From Balamuthia mandrillaris (taxonomy: Eukaryota): a stretch of 41,836 nt of DNA. Where the stretch lies: NCBI GenBank assembly GCA_031835245.2, contig JAVKOQ020000014.1, positions 372,001 to 413,836 of the forward strand, read 5' to 3'. Of this stretch, positions 34,121-41,836 are shown piece after piece. Both the position numbers and the translations under genes were made by a program. The notes under the pieces were generated by a model. The model made no database searches and was not told the DNA's origin. It worked only from the letters and a program-made list of their open reading frames with translations. Each line of letters starts with the position of its first letter. Position 1 is the stretch's first letter.

Positions 34121-35299
34121 CTCTTACTATTTTTTTTGTTTTGTATTTAATTGTTTATTTAAAATTTATTTTTTCAACTCTACGAGGGAAGGAGCAGTGC
34201 TTCTTGGCTGTTTTTTGAAAAAATATAAAAAGTTCACAACAAACAAAAGTAATGAAACGTAACTATGGGGCGTTTCCTATGAACGGAAAATTCGTAAAGA
34301 ATTGAAAGAAAATGTATGCAGAAATGGTGGCAAGCTGGTGGAAAGCAGGCAGAAAATTAAAATTTCCTTTTGGTGATGATGTAATAATGACGCCTGCTTT
34401 TTGAATTGGCAACCTATTAGTTATCTTCTGGATAAACAATACTATTAGCCTCTCTTCTCTCTCCTCTCCTCTATCCTTGCTCCTCTCTACGCTCCTCTCT
34501 TTTTTATTGCTTGGTTTTTTTCTTTGCCGCCGGTTCGACTCCTTAAGCATGTGTTATTTTTTTTATGACACCCAAACAAGGGGACTGACCGGATCGTCTC
34601 CGTCGCGACGGCGTCGAACAAGTACACCAAAGGCGGACGGGAAAAGGGACAGAAGACAGTGAACCGGCGCTAGGCTCAAGCATCTGGAGTCACAGTTATA
34701 ATCAACAAAAAACAAAAACAAGAGCCCTGTTCATCCTCTGATCAACTGTTCTCGGTTTGAGTCGACGGTGCGGTGTTTTTCAAAAACAAAAAGAGAAAAA
34801 AAAAGACCGCGTCACTCCGTCTTCACGTCGGCACAGAAAATATCATGACGACCCGATATACAAGTCCATTCATACTTCATATTCTTAGCATTCTTGGGAT
34901 TATGAGAAAATCCCAGGAATGCGGTAATGGCACGCGGCATTAGATCGGATTAAAAATAGCAATGACAAATCCCTCGTCGACAATTCAAATTTTTAATTTC
35001 ATCGTTTTATATAAATAATAATAATCTCTTCTCCTGATCCCATTCATTGTCGAAATCGTTCCGTAAAAACAAACAAGCCGAACTCCCTAACCCTCTCTTC
35101 GCCTCCTTGCAAGAGACAGCTGGACCTTTTTAAACTCACTCCTTTCGCGCGCACTCCTGCTGTTGGAAGCATACATTATACACCTACACTCATCACCTAT
35201 GTCCCTGTTGTCTGTCTGGACTAAACGTAGACTCACCAAAACCACCAAGCTCATCCAATTCGCGCTCCGCGGCCTCGCTCCTAGTTCTTAAACACCCAA

Positions 35300-37839
35300 A
35301 TGACACTCTTCAACTCTTCTTCTTCTTCCGATCCGTCACTACCGTCAACTTTGACGACGACAACGACATTGGCTTCACCCTCTTCTTGTGAGACGTCCCT
35401 TCTGTTGCCTCGTCGTCGTTCCACCGTTTCTGCGTCGGGGTCCTTCACCTCTTCCCCGCTGCGCTACCTCCTCAGGTCTGTCACCCGGACAAAGTCCATC
35501 GAGCAGGCTGTGGCCGAGGAGAGAGCGGAGAGAGAGGCCGAGGCCGCCGGCCACAACAACAAAGCAGCCGGCCTGCGCAAAGCGCTCTCCGTTTGGGATC
35601 TCATTGGTTTGTTCTTTCTTTCTTGTCGTTTCTTTTTTGTAACGTGCTTTTTTTTTTTGGTTATCAGCTTATGGACTCGGAGCGAGCGTTGGCGCCGGTA
35701 TCTTTGTGATAACGGGCCAAGCGGCTGCGTTGCACGCTGGACCCTCGGTGGTGCTCTCCTTTCTGATAGCGGGCATCGCCTGCGTGCTTTCTGCCCTTTG
35801 TTACGCTGAATTCGCTGCTCGTTTGCCCGTTGCTGGTACGCTTGATCCTCTCTTCTCTTTCTCTCGTTCTGTCTTCACTGCTTCTCTGCGCGTTGCTCTC
35901 TCTCCTCTACCTCGCTCTTCTCTCTTCTCTTATTCTCCTGCTTGTCTGTTCTCCCGTTCTCTCGTCTCTCGTCGGTCTTCTCTCGCTCTCGCTCTCTCCC
36001 TCTGTCACCGAGATATATCACGTCGACTGGATATTGACGGAACAAAACTCAAAACAAACAAACAAAGGTTCGGCCTATTCGTACACGTATACGTCACAAG
36101 GAGAGCTGTTGGCTTGGTTGATCGGGTGGGACCTTACGCTGGAGTATGGCATCTCTGCCGCCACTGTTGCTCGTGGATGGGGTGGTATCTTTGAAAGCAT
36201 GCTTCAACGTTTGTTTCTCTCTCTCTTTCTCTCTTCTCTCTCTCTGACGCGCTTCTTTATTCTTTCTTCAAGAATGGGGAGTAAACGTGGAAAGCAAATG
36301 GTTGGCAGGGTTCCCAGTGGTCACAGTGGGAGGCGATGCTTTCGTGTTAAACGCCAGTCCCATTTCGGCGGTGCTCATCCTTCTTTGCACCATCGTCTTG
36401 GCTTTGGGAATAAAGGAGAGCTCTCGCTTGAACCTGTTTGCCACCGTTCTTAACATCGGCACCATCATCTTTATCATCATTGCTGGCTCCTTTTACATTG
36501 ACACCGATAACTATACTCCGTTTTTCCCTCAAGGTTTGTTCTGTTGCTCTTTTGTGTTTCTTATTTGTTTGACCATTCTCTTCTTTGCTCCTATTGTTTT
36601 ATGTTTAGGCCCTTCCGGAATGTTCTATGGGGCAGCCCAAGTCTTCTTCTCCTTCATAGGCTTCGATTGTATCACCTCTCTTGCTGAGGAGTCCTCTCGC
36701 CCTCAGCGAGACTTGCCTCTCTCCATCCTGGGATCGCTCTCCATAGCCACCATTCTCTACTGCGCCGTTGCGACCGTTCTCGTGGGCCTCATCCCAACGG
36801 CATTGTTGAAAGGAGTGGCCAATCCCATGGCGGCCGCTTTCGCCTACGTTGGCTTGGGATGGACCTCCAAGCTGGTAACCATCTTGATGCTGGTCATTGT
36901 TTGCATCACCACGTTGTGTTGTTTGTTGGGCCAGCCGAGGATTTACTATAGAATGGCCAGGGATGGACTCTTGTGGCCGGCGTTTGGCACCATCAACAAA
37001 CGCTTCCAAACTCCACGTACGTTGGCTCGGCTTACTTCCATCTTTCTGTCCTTCCTGCTTTCCTCCATGTTCGTTGGTTGTAACCAGAAACTTGTGTTAT
37101 AGTTTTTTCGACCATCTTTACAGGCATCTTCGTCGCGTTGATCGCTTTCTTCATCGATATCGTGACGTTGGGCGACATGATCAGCATCGGCACCCTCTTG
37201 GCCTTCACTCTTGTCTGCGGAAGCACCATCGTCCAACGTTACACTAGCAAGAAAGAGGATGCCACCACTCTTCTTCTTAACAGGAGGAACAAGTTCTCCA
37301 GGTTCTTCAACAAACGACAGCTGGTTCTGTTCTTGGTTTTGACGTTGACCTTTGGCGTCTTCCTCGTCAGCGTCCTCCTCAAAGAACTTCCCTCGGACCT
37401 CACGCTGCAACTCTCCCTTTGCATCCCAATCGGTGTTCTTCTGGTGGTACTGCCCTTTGTGGTGCTTTGTCTGCTGCGCTCGGAGGACGTGCCCAAGACC
37501 TTCCACTGTCCTTTCATGCCTGTCGTCCCTTGCCTGGGCATCGCCGTCAACGTCTACCTCATGGTTGGGTTGGACTGGCTGTCATGGCTTCGACTGGCTG
37601 GTTGGCTGCTCATCGGCTTGGTCATTTACTTGTGTTACGGAATGCAGCACTCCAAGCTGGCACAAACGGAGGAGGTGGTCATGGTCTCCTCGGCTTCTCC
37701 AAAGAAGTATGTGATCAACGCTGACGATGGCGAGGCTGGTTCCTATCCCCCTTCCGCCCTGTCTTCCTCGGAAAGTGAGGAAGAGGAAGAAGAGAGGAAA
37801 AAAGGATTCTTGAAGATGAAGCTCGACAACCTTTTTTAA
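35300..37839 (+). CDS. Cationic amino-acid transporter (APC superfamily, CAT/SLC7A1-4-like), ~6 exons
   Basis: LRKALSVWDLI, GASVGAGIFVITG, AGPSVVLSFLIAG, LCYAEFAARLPVAGSAYSY, FFSFIGFD, GQPRIYYRMARDGLL, ISIGTLLAF and FHCPFMPVVP. Confidence 0.93.
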
Positions 37840-37956
37840 AACCAGTAACATGTTATTTCGACTCTTCTTGTTCTTTTGTCTTCTTTACTCTTTGTCTTGC
37901 TCTCTCCTCTGCCTGCGCATCGCCTTCTCATGCGTTCATACCCCTAGTTCGGTTCT

Positions 37957-38253
37957 TCATTTGCTCTTGAGTTCGCGAATGCACTTCTTGAGCTTTTCCT
38001 GAGAGCAATACCCGGAGCAGGTGTCGGCCAGTTTGGTGAGGTTGTGCTTGCCCGCTTTGACCAACGGAGCGAAGATCTCCTGTCCACCGACGATGAAGTA
38101 GACGATCGTGTTGAGGGAGTTGCCCCAAAAATCCCTGGTGTCGTACGTCCAGGTATCGCCAGCAGCCACGTCAGTGGAGGACAGCCAACCCATCAGGTTC
38201 TTGGTGCCGATGTTGACTGTCTTGGTGGTATCGTTGTAGACGACGATGGACAT
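37957..38253 (-). CDS. Small hypothetical protein (98 aa)
   Basis: Intronless ORF with C/G-ending codon bias and an AC-rich leader. No recognisable family. Confidence 0.6.
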   Translation of the reverse strand: MSIVVYNDTTKTVNIGTKNLMGWLSSTDVAAGDTWTYDTRDFWGNSLNTIVYFIVGGQEIFAPLVKAGKHNLTKLADTCSGYCSQEKLKKCIRELKSK

Positions 38254-38487
38254 GTTTGTTTGGGAGTTAATTGTGTGTGGTTGAGTTGTTTGTTAACACA
38301 GGAATGGAAACAGGAAGAAAATAATGGGAACAAGAGGTTCAAAACTTTATCATCCTGGAGTGTTACTGTGAAACAGTTTCCTTGGGATCGCAATTGTAGG
38401 GAAAGTATTGGTTGTGTTATTGCAGCGACGAGACGCTTCCTCTCCTTGACGTGATGCTGCCCTTATTAATTTTCGAACCCACCCTCC

Positions 38488-38650
38488 CACTACTACTACA
38501 GAGCCCCTCTAAAGTCTCTAAGCCCTGGGCTTCCCAGGGGAGGGGCTCTGTAGTAAGATCTCAGCCAGATAGAGCTATAGCGCAGTAGTGCCTATTAGAG
38601 GGCCCTCTAAGGCAGAGCCCTATTAGAGCCAAAAGAAGAGGGCCCTAGTT
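38488..38650. repeat. Palindrome/inverted-repeat cluster, probable transposon-derived terminus or MITE
   Basis: Perfect 16-bp inverted repeat at 38494-38509/38540-38555, nested hairpin at 38523-38539 and perfect palindrome TTAGAGGGCCCTCTAA at 38595-38610. Confidence 0.75.
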
Positions 38651-38790
38651 TTTGGCAGACGCCGCTCAACATAATAGGTTGTAAAATCTTCGTTGATTGG
38701 CTCGTTCGTTTTCAGCGAATTAAACCACTGAAACTTTTTCTCGTTTTTCCCGCTCTTTTTTTGTTTTCACGTTTTACAGGACAAAAAACC

Positions 38791-39600
38791 ATGCCAGAGC
38801 GTGACCTAAACTTCCCGCTCCGCGGAGTGGTGCTAACCCAAGGTGGCCTGAGGACAAATAATGAAAGAGAACAATTCAAAAATGAGAGAACACGTTTGTT
38901 GTCTTACCCCCTTTCTTATATTCTTATCGCTGACAGCGCTGTTTATGAAGATTTCAGGCAACTCTTTGGTTTTTCTTCAGGAAAACGCCGCTTGCTCTCG
39001 CGAAGGAAGCTCAGAAATGCTACCGACGTCATCATGTCCACCCACAGGGCACTTGGTGTGTTTGTTTATTCCGGCCATGGAACTTTGGAAAGAGGTCAGA
39101 TTAAATTGAAGAACTACAACAACGACCCTATGCTCCTTAAGGATGTACTCGCCACAGTTTACGATAGAGCTGGCACGGTCGAACGTCCTTTCGTGTTCAT
39201 CCTCGACTGCTGCCTTGGTGAAGGAAGCACCCCAAACGAACAGCTTCAGAGTTGGTTAAAAAAAGATTTGGAAAAAAAAATACCGTGTAAGTCATTCTTC
39301 TCACTCAAACTCTTTTCGCCTTTTCATTTACGTTTGTCTTTAAAAAACAAAGATAATTGTGTGCTGGTCTTCTCGACAGCGGCAGGCACAGTAAGCAACA
39401 CTTGCGAATTTGCGCGCGCGTTGCGGTGCCGACTGGCCGATACTACGGAGCAGGCCCTCTCGTTGTCTGCGTTTTTTGCAGGGATGAAGGTTGACGGCCA
39501 GGAACCATGGGTGGCTACTAATCCACCTGGACTAGCTGATTCTATAATCCCTTTCGTGAGGCAACGAGACGGGCGTTGGTATTGGCGTTTGCAAAGATAA
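38791..39600 (+). CDS. Caspase-like C14 peptidase (para/orthocaspase-like), no prodomain
   Basis: Dyad motifs VFVYSGHG and FVFILDCC, followed by VFSTAAGTVS, FARAL and QEPW. Probable in-frame intron at 39287-39352. Confidence 0.82.
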   Translation: MPERDLNFPLRGVVLTQGGLRTNNEREQFKNERTRLLSYPLSYILIADSAVYEDFRQLFGFSSGKRRLLSRRKLRNATDVIMSTHRALGVFVYSGHGTLERGQIKLKNYNNDPMLLKDVLATVYDRAGTVERPFVFILDCCLGEGSTPNEQLQSWLKKDLEKKIPCKSFFSLKLFSPFHLRLSLKNKDNCVLVFSTAAGTVSNTCEFARALRCRLADTTEQALSLSAFFAGMKVDGQEPWVATNPPGLADSIIPFVRQRDGRWYWRLQR

Positions 39601-40198
39601 GCCTTCTTCGTCTCCTCAATCACCTTCCCCTTTTACTCACGATTTCTGTTCTCAGAATCTTTCTGAGGGTGCCTGGTACCGCGCTTCACTTGAATCGCGG
39701 TACCATTGCTCGGGGCCACACCCAGTGGCCGTTGGTGGAGAGGGCAGTATAGGACAGTGGAGACAGCGAGAAGTGATGGCAATGGCGACAAGGGTCGAGG
39801 AAGCCAGATGAGGATAATCCAGGCAACAAGTACAACGGTGCAATCCCACCAGGCATCCAACCGCGATTCACCCCAACATGAGAGCTCAGATCTTGGGGGA
39901 TCCTTCCCGCCTTGGAAGGAACTCAACTTGTGGTTTGTGGAGGCACTCTTTCTCAACCTTTTTAACGTTTGTTGAGTTTTAATGAGGCCGATGATGCACC
40001 ACAGAAAAAAGCTGACCTTTTCAGCTTGACTTTGGCAGTTGGACCCAGGACCATAAATCCAGCTCTCTTTTAAAAGGTTATGCTGCATTTCTTGTGTAAC
40101 ATTTGTCAGACCCTGGATGAGCAGGGAGAGAGAGTGGAGTGTGTCTTTATTAACGGCCGTACGGCTTTAGCGGTAACACTTGAACTCCTCACTGCGAG

Positions 40199-40252
40199 CT
40201 CAGCGAGCTAGAGCTATAGCAGCAGAGTGCCTATTAGCAGCCCCCTTCTAGG
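40199..40252 (+). repeat. Second, diverged direct copy of the 38560-38612 sequence
   Basis: CTCAGCgAGcTAGAGCTATAGCaGCAG-AGTGCCTATTAG versus CTCAGCcAGaTAGAGCTATAGC-GCAGtAGTGCCTATTAG. Confidence 0.8.
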
Positions 40253-40829
40253 ACTGCACGCATAAACGCATGGTTTTCCAATTCACCAGCAGACTATGGT
40301 ATGGAGGCGCCAGGGAGGTATGTCTTACCGCGTAGTGGTGCCCAAGACGTTGAGGCTCTCAAAGCGATGCCGCCAGCGATGTTGTCTTCAAAATAACGGG
40401 CCTACATGGTGTGTTGTCCCAGAAACGAGGGTATTGGTCAGTGAGGGTAGGGCTGGGGGGGGGGGGGGAAGCTATCAGCAAGTTGGACGGGGGGGGGGGG
40501 AAGGGCGGCGGTGCTGTGGGTGAGACGGTAGCACCTGGGGCGGTGGGTTGGCATCGCAAAGGCCCAGCTTCGAAGTCAGCTTTGTGGCGGGCCTCTGCTT
40601 CACGCTGAGCACAGAGTACCTCCTGCTGGAGCTTGGTTTGGCTGGTGACGAGCTCCAGGACAACGCCACGGAGCGCGTCAAAAACGCGACCAAGTTTCCT
40701 TCAATACTTTTTTTGTAGACAGCGGAATTCCAACCATTACTTGCATTCCATAAAACTAGTCAGATTTACCACACATGACGACACGAATATGAACCTGGCG
40801 AAAAGAAAAGAAAAAGCAGCAAAACAAGA

Positions 40830-41464
40830 ATGATCTATGCCATTCTGATCATAAACAACCATGGCAAGCCCCGGCTAACCAAGTTCTACAAACACTACGT
40901 GCGTGTTTTTGTTTTTGTTTAACTACTCTCTTTTTTCAAAAAAAAAAAAAACCTCTCTCTTCCCTTCTTATAGAGAGATTGTTGACTGATCTGTGAATGT
41001 GAATCGGGATCTTTAAAAAAATAATGCAGACGGAGGCACAGCAACAGAGGCTCATTCGGGAGGTCTACCAGCAGGTCTCCAAGCGGACGGAGGTCATGTG
41101 CAACTTCCTGGAGGGCGGGGAGGAGTGGGGGGAGGACACCAAGCTCATCTACCGCCACTACGCCACCCTCTACTTTGTCTTTTGCGCCGACTCCTCCGAG
41201 AGCGAGCTGGGCATCCTGGACCTCATCCACATCTTTGTGGAGGCGCTGGACAAGTGCTTCGAGAACGTCTGCGAGCTGGACCTCATCTTCCACATGGACA
41301 AGGTGCACCACATCCTGGAGGAGGTGGTCATGGGCGGCATGGTCCTGGAGACCAACCTCCAGACCATCCTGCAGGTCATCCAGGAGCAGAACAAGATTGA
41401 GAAGACGGAGAACCCGATCAAGACCGGCCTGCGAGAGGTTATGAGCAAAAAGATCTTCAAGTAG
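40830..41464 (+). CDS. AP3S1: AP-3 complex subunit sigma, 2 exons (40830-40898, 41030-41464)
   Basis: MIYAILIINNHGKPRLTKFY|...CNFLEGG...LIYRHYATLYFVFCADSSESELGILDLI...LDKCFENVCELDLIFH...GGMVLETN. Confidence 0.95.
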
Positions 41465-41519
41465 GACTTCCCCTTTTTTTTGTTTGTTTGTTGTTTTGTT
41501 GTTGTTGTTTACAGAGAAC

Positions 41520-41799
41520 AATTTCTTTTTCTCTTCTCTTTCTTTTCTTTTCTTTTTTTTCTTTCTTTCTTGTCGTTTCTTTCTTGTCGTTTCTTTCTTG
41601 TCGTTTCTTTCTTGTCGTTTCTTTCTTGTCGTTTCTTTCTTGTCGTTTCTTTCTTGTCGTTTCTTTCTTGTCGTTTCTTTCTTTGTCGTTTTCTTGTCGT
41701 TTCTTTCTTGTCGTTTCTTTCTTTCTTTCTTTCTTGCGTTTCTTTCTTGTCGTTTCTTTCTTTCTTTCTTTTCTTTCTTTTCTTTTCTTTCTTTTCTTT

Positions 41800-41835
<36 letters not shown>

Positions 41836-41836
41836 T
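41520..41836. repeat. Pyrimidine-rich minisatellite (TTTCTTTCTTGTCG)n grading into (TTTC)n
   Basis: A 14-bp unit is tandemly repeated at ~41560-41720. Confidence 0.92.

Noticed and set aside
39633..40088. 151-aa minus-strand ORF as a transposase or integrase
   Set aside because: No DDE, tyrosine-recombinase, RT or Rep motifs are visible; it looks decayed.
40830..41464. Functional clustering of AP-3 sigma with genes bearing YxxΦ/dileucine signals
   Set aside because: Such signals are common and the genes are not adjacent; probably coincidence.

Overview
Intron-rich eukaryotic genomic DNA. The short GT-AG introns, often filled with (CT)n, (GAA)n or (CTTCT)n microsatellites, and the gene content point to a free-living amoebozoan (Balamuthia/Acanthamoeba-like; inference). 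About 20 protein-coding genes can be reconstructed. In order: a Cys-rich secreted protein, a Cdc123/R2K-type ATP-grasp protein, a GT-A glycosyltransferase, a Ctf4/AND-1 (WDHD1) homologue, six tandem intronless claudin/amastin-like 4-TM genes (plus a relic), a bacterial-type Dps/ferritin-like gene, FAAP24, two tandem receptor tyrosine kinases, a large type-I membrane protein, a PP2C phosphatase, a cationic amino-acid transporter, a 98-aa orphan, a caspase-like C14 peptidase and AP-3 sigma. Most notable observations: (1) a eukaryotic Dps whose ferroxidase ligands are mostly replaced by lysine and which carries a Gly/Tyr/Arg tandem-repeat tail; (2) the 4-TM array, with variable extracellular loops and reciprocal cysteine-pair loss; (3) a caspase-like gene bracketed by ~50-bp direct repeats next to a dense palindrome cluster; (4) a CCCH zinc finger inserted in the PP2C catalytic domain; (5) a Ctf4 lacking the N-terminal WD40 domain, with an E2F/Myb-type promoter; (6) GTTTGT as the commonest 5' splice site. 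No rRNA, tRNA or CRISPR array is supported. All homology calls are from motif recognition by eye, and exon boundaries are inferred.
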